Shown here in pieces: positions 29,512 through 39,427 of a stretch of DNA of 64,000 nucleotides. The stretch comes from Kiloniellales bacterium (lineage in GTDB: Bacteria > Pseudomonadota > Alphaproteobacteria > Kiloniellales > J153). The DNA lies in NCBI GenBank assembly GCA_036397065.1, contig DASWJP010000004.1, forward strand, positions 8,439 to 72,438. Direction: 5' to 3'. How positions within the stretch are numbered: the stretch's first letter is position 1; the number at the start of each line of letters is the position of its first letter. The notes under the pieces were generated by a model, which saw nothing but the letters and a program-made list of their open reading frames with translations, searched no databases and had not been told where the DNA came from. The position numbers and the translations under genes were made by a program.

Positions 29512-30369
29512 ATGGTCCCGACAGGTCTTGTCTCTCCATTCAAGGCGGTATTGCGCATCCTGCTCTATCTGGGATTCACGGCGCCGCTGTTGCCCGTGCA
29601 GGCGGTGGCCGTGCTCTTCCGCCTGCCGCTGCGCAAGCGGCTGCCGCTCTGGTATCACCGCTGCTGCTGCCGGATCCTGGGGCTCAGGGTGGAGTGCCGC
29701 GGTCCACAATCGCACCGGCATCCGACCCTTTATGTCTCCAACCACGCCTCCTATTTCGATATCGAGGTGCTCGGCTCCCTGATCGCCGGGTCCTTCGTCG
29801 CCAAGCAGGAGGTGGCCAAATGGCCCTTGTTCGGCTGGCTGGCCAAGCTGCAGGGCTCGGTCTTCATCGAGCGCCAGGGCAAGCGGGTGGCGGCGCACCG
29901 GGACGAAATGAGCACCCGTCTGGAAGCCGGCGACGATCTGATCCTCTTCGCCGAGGGAACCAGCGGCGACGGCAACCGGGTGCTGCCGTTCAAAAGCGCG
30001 CTGTTTGCGGCGGCGAGCGCCCGCCCCGGCGGCCAGCCGCTGGCCGTGCAGCCGGTCTCGATTGCTTATACCAAGCTGGACGGGGTGCCCATGGGGCGCT
30101 ATCTCAGGCCGTTCTTCGCTTGGTACGGCGACATGGAGCTGGCCGGTCATTTGTGGCAGGCGGTGGGTTTCGGCCGGGTGACGGTGGAGGTGGAGTTTCA
30201 TCCGCCGGTGACCATCGATGAGTTTACCTCGCGCAAGGCCCTGTGCGAGCACTGCCAAATGCGGGTCGCGGCCGGGGTGGCCGCGGCCTTGGCCGGACGG
30301 CCGCGCGACCAGCCGGCACCGGCCGACGGTGCGGCGGCGGAGGCCCACACGGAGACGGTGAACGGATAA
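29512..30369 (+). CDS. olsA: lyso-ornithine lipid O-acyltransferase OlsA (PlsC-family acyltransferase)
   Basis: H(X)4D motif NHASYFD and FAEGTSGDG acyltransferase block III. Pairs with olsB. Confidence 0.78.
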   Translation: MVPTGLVSPFKAVLRILLYLGFTAPLLPVQAVAVLFRLPLRKRLPLWYHRCCCRILGLRVECRGPQSHRHPTLYVSNHASYFDIEVLGSLIAGSFVAKQEVAKWPLFGWLAKLQGSVFIERQGKRVAAHRDEMSTRLEAGDDLILFAEGTSGDGNRVLPFKSALFAAASARPGGQPLAVQPVSIAYTKLDGVPMGRYLRPFFAWYGDMELAGHLWQAVGFGRVTVEVEFHPPVTIDEFTSRKALCEHCQMRVAAGVAAALAGRPRDQPAPADGAAAEAHTETVNG

Positions 30370-30384
30370 AAGGCGAATCGAGAC

Positions 30385-31797
30385 GTGCGCAAGAAGCTCT
30401 ATATCAAGACCTACGGCTGCCAGATGAACGCATACGATTCGGCGCGCATGGCCGACGTGCTTGCGCCGCTGGGCTTCGAAAAGACGGCGGCGCCGGCCGG
30501 CGCCGACATGGTGATCCTGAATACCTGCCACATCCGCGAAAAAGCCTCGGAAAAAGTGTTTTCCGAATTGGGCCGGCTGCGCGCCCTGCAAACCGAGCGG
30601 GCCCGGACCGGCGGGCGCATGCTGGTCGCCGTGGCCGGCTGCGTGGCCCAGGCGGAGGGGGCGGAAATCCTGCGCCGCGCCCCGCATGTGGATCTGGTGG
30701 TCGGCCCACAAGCCTATCACCGCCTGCCGGAGATGCTCGCCCGCCTGGCGCGGGCCGGTGCGGCAGCACCCGATGGGGCCGGGCACGGCGTTCTGGATAC
30801 GGAATTTCCGGTCGAATCGAAATTCGACCATCTGCCGGGTCTGGCCACCCCGCCCGGTGCGGCGGCGTTCCTGTCGGTGCAGGAGGGCTGCGACAAGTTC
30901 TGCACCTTCTGTGTCGTCCCCTATACCCGCGGCGCCGAGTATTCCCGCCCGGCCGCGGACGTGGTGGCCGAGGCGGAGCGCCTGTGCGCCGCCGGGGCGG
31001 TCGAAATCACCCTGCTGGGGCAGAACGTGAATGCCTATCACGGTGACGCGCCCGGCGGCGATGGCACGCCGACATGGGGCCTGGGGCGCCTGATCCGCCG
31101 CCTGGCGGAGATCCCTTCGCTGCGGCGGTTGCGCTATACCACCTCCCATCCGCGGGATCTGGATCAGGAGCTGATCGAAACGCACGCCGATGTGGCCAAG
31201 CTGATGCCGTTCCTGCATCTGCCGGTGCAATCGGGTTCCGATGCCATCCTCAAGGCGATGAACCGCGGCCACATCGCGGATGACTACCGGCGCACGGTCG
31301 ATCGACTGCGCCGCGCCGCGCCGGACACGGCACTTTCCTCGGATTTCATCGTCGGCTTTCCGGGCGAAAGCGAGGCCGACTTTGCCGCCACCTTGCGCCT
31401 GGTCAGCGAGATCGGCTACGCCCAAGCCTATACCTTCATGTACAGTCCGCGCCCCGGCACACCGGCCGCCGCCCTGCCGGCCCAGGTGCCGGATGCGGTC
31501 AAGGCGGAACGCCTGGCCATGCTGCAGGCGTGCATCGCCGACCAGCAGATGGCCTTCAATCGGACGTGCGTCGGCCGCACCCTGCCGGTGCTGCTGCAGC
31601 GGCGCGGCCGCAAGCCGGGCCAGCTCATCGGCCGCAGCCCGTACATGCAATCGGTGCACGTGGCCGCCGGTTCTGCGGCGTTCGATCGCATTGCCGAGGT
31701 ACGCATCGTCAGCGCCGGCCCGAACAGCCTGGCCGGCGAGCTGGCCGCAGGGCCGGCGCGTGCCAGCCACCGGCCCTTGGCGGAGGCCCAGGCATGA
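30385..31797 (+). CDS. miaB: tRNA-2-methylthio-N6-dimethylallyladenosine synthase MiaB
   Basis: UPF0004 N-domain ([15 protein letters not shown]), radical-SAM CxxxCxxC ([16 protein letters not shown]) and a TRAM C-terminus. GTG start. Confidence 0.93.
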   Translation: MRKKLYIKTYGCQMNAYDSARMADVLAPLGFEKTAAPAGADMVILNTCHIREKASEKVFSELGRLRALQTERARTGGRMLVAVAGCVAQAEGAEILRRAPHVDLVVGPQAYHRLPEMLARLARAGAAAPDGAGHGVLDTEFPVESKFDHLPGLATPPGAAAFLSVQEGCDKFCTFCVVPYTRGAEYSRPAADVVAEAERLCAAGAVEITLLGQNVNAYHGDAPGGDGTPTWGLGRLIRRLAEIPSLRRLRYTTSHPRDLDQELIETHADVAKLMPFLHLPVQSGSDAILKAMNRGHIADDYRRTVDRLRRAAPDTALSSDFIVGFPGESEADFAATLRLVSEIGYAQAYTFMYSPRPGTPAAALPAQVPDAVKAERLAMLQACIADQQMAFNRTCVGRTLPVLLQRRGRKPGQLIGRSPYMQSVHVAAGSAAFDRIAEVRIVSAGPNSLAGELAAGPARASHRPLAEAQA

Positions 31798-32849
31798 GCC
31801 CGCCCAACAAGCGCGGCGCCCCGGCCAAAGCTGCTCCCAAGGCCCCCCCCAAGGCCACCCCCAAGGCGGCTCCAGCGGCGCTGCTGCAATTCGACGATAA
31901 CAGCCTGTTGTCTCTACTCTACGGCGAGCATGACCAGCATCTCGTCCGCCTCGAACAGCGCCTCGGCGTGCGTTTGGCGGCGCGTGGCAACCGGCTGACC
32001 ATCTCCGGCCCGGCCGAGGCCGCGGGCATCGCCGAATTGGCCCTCAATGCCCTCTACGACCGATTGCGCAAGAAGCTGGAGGTCGGCGCGGCGGAGGTGG
32101 ATGCGGCCATACGCCTGGCGCAAGGCCCGTTGGGCGCTGGCAACGGCGTGGCCGATCTGCAGGCCGACGACGTGACCATTCGCACGCGCAAGCGGTACAT
32201 CTCGCCCCGGTCGCCCAATCAGGCGGCCTATCTGCGGGCCCTGCGCAGCCACGAGCTGGTCTTTGCCGTCGGCCCGGCGGGGACCGGCAAAACCTATTTG
32301 GCGGTGGCCATGGCGGTCTCCCTGCTGACCGAAGGCAAGGTCGACCGGATCATTTTGTCGCGCCCGGCGGTCGAGGCGGGCGAACACCTCGGCTTCCTGC
32401 CCGGCGACTTGCGCGAGAAGGTGGACCCCTACCTGCGGCCGCTCTACGATGCCCTCTACGACATGCTGCCCGCCGAACAGGTCGTCAGCCGGCTGGCCAA
32501 CGGCGAGATCGAAGTGGCACCCCTGGCCTTCATGCGCGGGCGCACGCTCAGCAACGCCTTTGTCATTCTGGACGAGGCGCAGAACTCGACGCCGGTGCAG
32601 ATGAAGATGTTTCTAACCCGTTTGGGCGAAAACAGCCGGATGGCCGTCACCGGCGATCTCTCCCAGGTCGATCTGCCCTCGGGCCAACTGTCCGGCCTGC
32701 GCGATGCGGTCGATCTGCTGGCCGACATGGACACGGTCGCCCTGGTGCAATTCACCAACGCCGACGTGATGCGCCATTCCCTGGTCACCCGCATTGTGCG
32801 CGCCTATGAAGCCCGCGACAGCGGCGGCAAGGATAAGCCGCGGCCATGA
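31794..32849 (+). CDS. ybeZ: PhoH-family ATPase (YbeZ)
   Basis: Walker [13 protein letters not shown] and the conserved miaB-phoH-ybeY context. The ATGA start overlaps the miaB stop. There is an Ala/Lys/Pro-rich N-terminal tract. Confidence 0.9.
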   Translation: MSPPNKRGAPAKAAPKAPPKATPKAAPAALLQFDDNSLLSLLYGEHDQHLVRLEQRLGVRLAARGNRLTISGPAEAAGIAELALNALYDRLRKKLEVGAAEVDAAIRLAQGPLGAGNGVADLQADDVTIRTRKRYISPRSPNQAAYLRALRSHELVFAVGPAGTGKTYLAVAMAVSLLTEGKVDRIILSRPAVEAGEHLGFLPGDLREKVDPYLRPLYDALYDMLPAEQVVSRLANGEIEVAPLAFMRGRTLSNAFVILDEAQNSTPVQMKMFLTRLGENSRMAVTGDLSQVDLPSGQLSGLRDAVDLLADMDTVALVQFTNADVMRHSLVTRIVRAYEARDSGGKDKPRP

Positions 32850-33469
32850 TGATCTTGGAGCACGCCGCACCGGACACCGGAGGCCGGGAGGGGCTGAAGG
32901 ATATGGACGAGGATCCCGACAGTACCCGCTGTGCGACACACCGGATAACGATTTCTGTGGATGTGCCTGCCGCCGGCTGGCGCCGCGCCATCCCGGGAAT
33001 CGATGCCACGGTGCGCGAGGTTGCCACGGCTGCTCTGCGTGCTGGCGCGGGCGACTTCGCGGCGCCGGAGGGGATCGAGCTCAGCGTGGTGCTGGCCGAC
33101 GATGCCGTGGTGCGGGCGCTCAACCGCGACTACCGCGGCCGCGATGCGCCGACCAATGTGCTGGCCTTCCCGCAGTCTGATGCACCCGGGGAATTATCAC
33201 CGGAGGGGCCGGTCCTGCTCGGCGATGTGGTGCTGGCGCTCGAGACCGTGCGCCGGGAGGCCGTAGCCCAAGGCAAAAGCGCTATCGATCATGCGAGCCA
33301 TTTGGTGGTGCACGGCATCCTGCATCTGCTTGGCTTCGACCATCATGTGGACGCCGATGCCGCCGACATGGAGCGGCGCGAGATCGCCATTCTCGCCGGC
33401 CTCGGCATCGCCGATCCTTACGCCGGCGACACGGCCCCGGTGACGCCGGCGGGCGGGGCGGGCTCATGA
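32846..33469 (+). CDS. ybeY: rRNA maturation endoribonuclease YbeY
   Basis: Zn motif HLVVHGILHLLGFDH. The protein is longer than usual at the N-terminus, so the true start may be ATG 32903 (MDEDPD...). Confidence 0.88.
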   Translation: MMILEHAAPDTGGREGLKDMDEDPDSTRCATHRITISVDVPAAGWRRAIPGIDATVREVATAALRAGAGDFAAPEGIELSVVLADDAVVRALNRDYRGRDAPTNVLAFPQSDAPGELSPEGPVLLGDVVLALETVRREAVAQGKSAIDHASHLVVHGILHLLGFDHHVDADAADMERREIAILAGLGIADPYAGDTAPVTPAGGAGS

Positions 33470-34389
33470 GCGAAACCTCGAAAAACAATGGACCGGCAGC
33501 CGGTTCGGGAAATCCGCCGCGGTTGGGATTGTGGCAGCGTTTGCGCACCCGCGTGCTGGGCCGCAACGGCGATTCGTCCCTGCGCGATTCCCTCGAGGCC
33601 TTCATCGGCGAGATCGAAGAGACGGTCCCCGACGATGCCCCGGCGTCGCCCATCAGCGGCCACGAGCGGGTCCTCCTCGGGAATATTCTCAAGCTTCGCC
33701 ACCTGACCGCCTACGACGTGATGGTGCCGCGCGCGGATATCGTCTCGATGCACATCAAGTCGGGGATCGACGAGCTGCTGGCGGTGATGAGCGAGGCGGG
33801 GCATTCGCGTTTTCCCATCTACCGCGAAAGCCTGGATGACGTGATCGGCATCGTCCACATCAAGGACGTGCTGAAATACGCCAAGACCAAGGAAAATTTC
33901 GACCTGGCGAAGATCGTGCGCACGGTGCTCATCGCGGCGCCGTCCATGCGGGTCCTCGACCTGCTTTTGGAAATGCGCCTGTCGCGGGTGCACATGGCCC
34001 TGGTGGTGGACGAGTTCGGCGGCATCGACGGGCTGGTGACCATCGAGGATCTGGTCGAGGAGATCGTCGGCGAGATCGAGGACGAGCACGACGTCGCCGA
34101 AGGACCGAAGCTGATCGAGCGCCCGGACGGCGCCGTGATCGCCGATGCCCGGGCCACCATCGAGGAATTCGAGGCCCTGGCCGGGCCGGTGCTTGCCGAC
34201 GAGGAGCGGGATGAGGATATCGATACCCTCGGCGGCCTGGTCTTCTATCTGGCCGACCGGGTGCCGACCCGCGGCGAATTGATCCTGCATCCGGCCAGCG
34301 GCATCAGCTTCGAGGTGATGGAGGCCGATCCGCGCCGGGTCAAGCGCCTGCGGGTGCGCAATCTGCCGCGCAAAATCGGCGGCGCGTGA
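33466..34389 (+). CDS. corC: CBS-pair/CorC_HlyC domain protein (CorC/YbeX, hemolysin-family)
   Basis: CBS pair (TAYDVMVPRADIV..., GHSRFPIY...VIGIVHIKD) plus a CorC_HlyC C-terminal domain. The ATGA start overlaps the ybeY stop. Confidence 0.88.
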   Translation: MSETSKNNGPAAGSGNPPRLGLWQRLRTRVLGRNGDSSLRDSLEAFIGEIEETVPDDAPASPISGHERVLLGNILKLRHLTAYDVMVPRADIVSMHIKSGIDELLAVMSEAGHSRFPIYRESLDDVIGIVHIKDVLKYAKTKENFDLAKIVRTVLIAAPSMRVLDLLLEMRLSRVHMALVVDEFGGIDGLVTIEDLVEEIVGEIEDEHDVAEGPKLIERPDGAVIADARATIEEFEALAGPVLADEERDEDIDTLGGLVFYLADRVPTRGELILHPASGISFEVMEADPRRVKRLRVRNLPRKIGGA

Positions 34390-35987
34390 CCGTGGCGCCG
34401 GGGACAGCCGCCCCGGTGGGCGGTTCATCGCGTCTGGCGGCGTGCGCCCGGGCGATGGCGGGTTGGCGCGGCTGGCGCCGGCACGGGGCTGCCGCCCTGT
34501 GCGGCGTGGCCGCGGCGGCGGCCCTGCCGCCCCTGCATCTGATCCCGTTTCTTCTGATCGCCTTCACCGGCCTGGTCTGGTTGCTTGACGGTATTGAGGC
34601 AGGCGCGGCCGGGCGGCGCCAGGCGGCGCTGATCGGTTGGAGTTTCGGCTTCGGCCACATGGCGGCCGGGCTCTATTGGGTCGGCATCGCCTTCCTGGTG
34701 GATGCGCCGCGCTTTGGTGTGATCATGCCCTTCGCCATCGCCGGTTTGGCGGCGGGGATGGCCATTTTTCCGGCCTTGGCGGTCTGGACCACCGCGGCGA
34801 TCGGCGGCCGTGGACCGGCGCGGGTGGTGGCGCTCGCCACTGCTTGGATGATCGCGGAATGGGTGCGGTCCTGGCTGTTGACCGGCTTTCCCTGGAATCT
34901 CTTGGGCACGGTGTGGAGCTTTTCGCCGGAGATGCTGCAACTGGCCGCGGCGACCGGGGTCTGGGGCCTCTCCTGGCTGACGGTTTTGGCCGCCGCGGCA
35001 CCGGCGTTGCTGGTCGCGCGCGGTGGCGGCGGCCGGATCGTGGGCCTGATGTTTCTGCTGCTGCCCGCCTTGGCCTGGGCCGGCGGGGCGGTCCGCCTGG
35101 ATGCGGCACCGCCGGCCGACACGGCGGTGGTGCCCGATGTGCGTCTGCGCCTGGTGCAGGCCAGCATCCCGCAATCCCTGAAATGGGTGCCCGAGTTGCG
35201 CCGCCGTCACGTGGACGAACAAATGCGGCTGTCGCAGCAGCCGGCTGCGGCACCGGTTACCCACGTGATCTGGCCGGAAACGGCGGTTCCCTTCCTGCTG
35301 GATCAGGATCCCGATCTGCGCCGCATCCTGACGGCGGTCATCCCGCCGGGCGGCCTGCTGATCACCGGCGCGCCGCGGGCAAGCGAAAACGGCGCCGACA
35401 GCCGTTTGTGGAACAGCCTGCAGGCCATCGAGTCCCGCGGCGATATCGTTGCCACCTATGACAAGCATCATTTGGTGCCTTTCGGGGAATACACGCCCTG
35501 GCGGTGGCTGCTGGGGGCGATGAAATTGACCGTTGGATCGACGGACTTCAGCGCCGGGCCGGGCCCCGTCACCTTGCCTTTGCCCGGGTTGCCGGCGGCC
35601 AGCCCGTTGATCTGCTATGAGGTGATTTTCCCGGGTCAGGTTGTTGCCGCCGGCGTGCGGCCCGGCTGGCTGCTCAATGTCACCAATGACAGCTGGTTCG
35701 GCCTCAGCTCCGGCCCCTACCAGCATTTCGCCGCCGCCCGCCTGCGGGCTGTGGAAGAAGGCCTGCCATTGATCCGGGCGGCCAGTTCGGGTATTTCCGC
35801 CGTCGTGGATCCCTATGGCCGCATCGCCGGGCACCTCGGCCTCAACCGGATCGGGGTGCTGGATGCGGCCCTGCCCTTGCCCATACCCCGAGGAACCCTG
35901 TATGCACGGCTGGGCAACTGGGTGATTCTTTTCCTCACACTCGCCCCCCTCGCCTTTACTTTGATATTGCGTAGATTTTTCCGATAA
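34386..35987 (+). CDS. lnt: apolipoprotein N-acyltransferase Lnt
   Basis: N-terminal TM bundle plus a nitrilase-type domain with KHHLVPFGEY and the catalytic-Cys block PLICYEVIFPG. The GTGA start overlaps the corC stop. Confidence 0.9.
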   Translation: MTVAPGTAAPVGGSSRLAACARAMAGWRGWRRHGAAALCGVAAAAALPPLHLIPFLLIAFTGLVWLLDGIEAGAAGRRQAALIGWSFGFGHMAAGLYWVGIAFLVDAPRFGVIMPFAIAGLAAGMAIFPALAVWTTAAIGGRGPARVVALATAWMIAEWVRSWLLTGFPWNLLGTVWSFSPEMLQLAAATGVWGLSWLTVLAAAAPALLVARGGGGRIVGLMFLLLPALAWAGGAVRLDAAPPADTAVVPDVRLRLVQASIPQSLKWVPELRRRHVDEQMRLSQQPAAAPVTHVIWPETAVPFLLDQDPDLRRILTAVIPPGGLLITGAPRASENGADSRLWNSLQAIESRGDIVATYDKHHLVPFGEYTPWRWLLGAMKLTVGSTDFSAGPGPVTLPLPGLPAASPLICYEVIFPGQVVAAGVRPGWLLNVTNDSWFGLSSGPYQHFAAARLRAVEEGLPLIRAASSGISAVVDPYGRIAGHLGLNRIGVLDAALPLPIPRGTLYARLGNWVILFLTLAPLAFTLILRRFFR

Positions 35988-36091
35988 GCTATTAACGCTT
36001 TGGGGCCTGTACGTAATTCGCGTTGACGTCATGCAGAGGTATGTTTACGTATCTCTGCAAACGGGAGAGTTGTGTGAAGGAATCTGCAACC

Positions 36092-36553
36092 ATGAGTCGT
36101 AGGGGCGACGCGGCGTACGGGCGCGGCACGGGCAAGCCCAATCCCATTGATATTCATGTCGGAGCCCGTGTGCGGCTGCGCCGGACACTGCTCGGCATGA
36201 GCCAGGAAAAATTGGGCGAGGCGATCGGCCTGACCTTCCAGCAGGTGCAGAAGTACGAACGGGGCGCCAATCGGATCGGCTCCAGCCGGCTGTACGACCT
36301 GTCCCGCGTTCTCGATGTGCCGGTCGGCTTCTTTTTCGAGGATATGCCCTCGGGTGTTGCCGCCAATTCGCCGGCCCAGCGCCGCGGCATAGCCGAGGAG
36401 CAGGCAAGCTATGAACGCGATCCCCTGGCCAAGCGGGAGACCCTGGAACTGGTGCGGGCCTATTACAAGATTGCCGATCCGGCGTTGCGCAAACGCCTGT
36501 TCGAAATGACCAAGGCCCTGGGCGCCACGTCGCTCAAGGAAGACGAGATCTAG
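36092..36553 (+). CDS. XRE-family helix-turn-helix transcriptional regulator
   Basis: HTH_3 motif VGARVRLRRTLLGMSQEKLGEAIGLTFQQVQKYERGANRIGSSRLYDLSRVLDV. The ATG at 36092 is preferred over the track start 36023. Confidence 0.8.
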   Translation: MSRRGDAAYGRGTGKPNPIDIHVGARVRLRRTLLGMSQEKLGEAIGLTFQQVQKYERGANRIGSSRLYDLSRVLDVPVGFFFEDMPSGVAANSPAQRRGIAEEQASYERDPLAKRETLELVRAYYKIADPALRKRLFEMTKALGATSLKEDEI

Positions 36554-36637
36554 ATCCGGCGCGCCGATAGACCCCGGCCGGGGCAATCCCGGGGACAATC
36601 TCCTTGACGGTCTATTTTTGAACGCTACAACATCGGG

Positions 36638-36666
36638 CGCGGCTGGGTCTGCCCAGCCGCGTTTTT
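36638..36666 (+). terminator. rho-independent terminator between the XRE gene and metK
   Basis: CGCGGCTGGG (36638-36647), loop TCTG, CCCAGCCGCG (36652-36661), then TTTTT (36662-36666). The 10-bp stem is perfect. Confidence 0.8.
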
Positions 36667-36727
36667 CGCGTGACCGCCGCGAAGCCCAAGATCATTTGGG
36701 CCTAAGTTCATTTGGGGGGAGCCGAGA

Positions 36728-37900
<1,173 letters not shown>

Positions 37901-37906
37901 GGCGCC

Positions 37907-38650
37907 ATGGCGCGGCGCCGCCCAGCCGCCGCCCGGCCCGCGGGCGAGGCCGCCCCGCGCCGCCCGTTTCACGGCCGCCGGCACGGCCGCCGCCTGCGCG
38001 CCGGGCAACGCCGCTTGCTCGAGGATCTGCTGCCGCGGCTCGCGGTCACCCTGCCACCCGGCGGCGGCCTCGATCCATCCACCCTGTTTGCCCGGCCCGT
38101 GTCTGGTCGGCGGCCCATTTGGCTGGAGATTGGCTTCGGCGCCGGCGAACACCTGGCCTGGCAGGCAAGCGCCCACCCGGAGGTGGGCCTGCTCGGGGCG
38201 GAGGTCTTCGTCAACGGCATCGCCCAGCTGTTGCGCCTTATCGACGCCGGTGGTCTGTCTAACGTGCGCCTCTACCAGGACGATGCCCGCGATTTGCTGG
38301 CGGCCCTGCCGGCGGCCTCCATCGACCGGGTGTTCATTCTTTTTCCCGACCCCTGGCCCAAGGCGCGGCATCAAAAGCGCCGGCTGATACAGGCGGAGAC
38401 CGTGGGCCATCTGGCGCGGATCATGACCGACGGTGCCGAGTTGCGCCTGGCCACCGACGATCCGGCCTATGCCCGCTGGATGCTGGAGGTGCTGGTCGGC
38501 CACCCGGATTTTTCCTGGCTGGCGGAGGGGCCCGGTGACTGGCGCCGCCGCCCCGCCGACTGGCCGACCACCCGCTACCAGGCCAAGGCGGAGGCTGCCG
38601 GCCGTCCCCCGGTCTATCTGCGGTTCGCCCGCGGCCACCGATCCGGGTGA
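37907..38650 (+). CDS. trmB: tRNA (guanine46-N7)-methyltransferase TrmB
   Basis: LEIGFGAGEHL SAM-binding motif and FPDPWPKARHQKRRL. Confidence 0.9.
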   Translation: MARRRPAAARPAGEAAPRRPFHGRRHGRRLRAGQRRLLEDLLPRLAVTLPPGGGLDPSTLFARPVSGRRPIWLEIGFGAGEHLAWQASAHPEVGLLGAEVFVNGIAQLLRLIDAGGLSNVRLYQDDARDLLAALPAASIDRVFILFPDPWPKARHQKRRLIQAETVGHLARIMTDGAELRLATDDPAYARWMLEVLVGHPDFSWLAEGPGDWRRRPADWPTTRYQAKAEAAGRPPVYLRFARGHRSG

Positions 38651-38703
38651 CAACGGCCCGGGTGATGGGCGGAGGTGGGTGAATGCGGGGAGAAAGCCCT
38701 TGC

Positions 38704-38819
38704 GGTGGGCCGCCCGCGGGCGCTAAATTGGCCCACCAAAATAAGGTGACACGAATCACTGCGATATAGTTCGTGTCAGGTCACCGAAACGGTGGGCCTC
38801 CGGCCCACTTTTTTATTTT
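38704..38819 (+). promoter_or_regulatory. four-segment terminator/antiterminator leader upstream of rimP-nusA-infB
   Basis: Segment 1 GGTGGGCC (38704-11), segment 2 GGCCCACC (38730-37), segment 3 GGTGGGCC (38791-98), segment 4 GGCCCAC (38802-08). Pairings 1:2, 2:3 and 3:4 are all perfectly complementary and mutually exclusive. A central 9-bp hairpin TGACACGAA/TTCGTGTCA (38747-55 / 38770-78) lies inside the 2:3 helix. Confidence 0.6.
38791..38819 (+). terminator. intrinsic terminator (segments 3:4 of the leader)
   Basis: GTGGGCC-TCC-GGCCCAC stem followed by TTTTTTATTTT (38809-38819). It lies downstream of trmB and 18 nt upstream of the annotated rimP ATG. Confidence 0.7.
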
Positions 38820-38836
38820 GCGGCCTTGCCTAGATC

Positions 38837-39424
38837 ATGGGTACGCAACGGAGAGACGGCATTTTGCCCGAAGCCAGCGAAGCGGTCGCGCCGGTTCGCG
38901 CCCAGCGCGGCGCGGGCAGAGCGGCGATCATCGAGCAGCTCATCGCGCCGAGCGCGGCGGCGATGGGTTTCGCTATCGTCCGCGTGATGCTGTCCGGCAA
39001 TCGCCGGGCGCGGCTGCAGATCATGGCCGAACGCGCCGACGGCAGCGGCATGAACGTGGATGACTGTGCCCGTTTGAGCCGCGCCGTCAGCGCCATCCTC
39101 GATGTGGAAGACCCGATCGCCGGCCCGTACGAGCTGGAAGTCGGCTCCCCGGGCATCGACCGGCCCTTGACCCGGTTGGCGGATTTCGACCGCTTCGCCG
39201 GCTCCACGGCCAAGCTCGAGTCGGTGGCCACCGCCGCCGATGGCCGCCGCCGCTGGATCGGCCGCTTGCTTGGCCTGGACGGCGACCGGGTGCGCCTGGC
39301 CACCGACGACGGCGAGGTGGCGATCCCCTTCGCCGACGTGGCCAAGGCCAAGCTGGTGCTCACCGACGAGTTGATCGCCGCCGCGCAAAAAGGGCGGTAT
39401 CCTGCACAACAAAAGACCGAGTAA
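38837..39424 (+). CDS. rimP: ribosome maturation factor RimP
   Basis: IEQLIAPSAAAMGFAIVRV...MNVDDCARLSRAVSAILDVEDPIAGPYELEVGSPGIDRPL. The start is uncertain, because a TTG near 38864 preceded by GGAGAG is an alternative. Confidence 0.85.
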   Translation: MGTQRRDGILPEASEAVAPVRAQRGAGRAAIIEQLIAPSAAAMGFAIVRVMLSGNRRARLQIMAERADGSGMNVDDCARLSRAVSAILDVEDPIAGPYELEVGSPGIDRPLTRLADFDRFAGSTAKLESVATAADGRRRWIGRLLGLDGDRVRLATDDGEVAIPFADVAKAKLVLTDELIAAAQKGRYPAQQKTE

Positions 39425-39427
39425 CCG

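Noticed and set aside
29464-31770. 768-aa ORF on the - strand
   Set aside because: It is antisense to olsA and miaB, has no domains, and both sense genes have clear catalytic motifs.
36554-36727. Possible SAM-II / SAM-V / SAM-SAH riboswitch upstream of metK
   Set aside because: I could not recognise the conserved cores of these classes by eye, so I do not annotate a riboswitch. It is kept only as a leader-structure finding that needs a covariance-model search.
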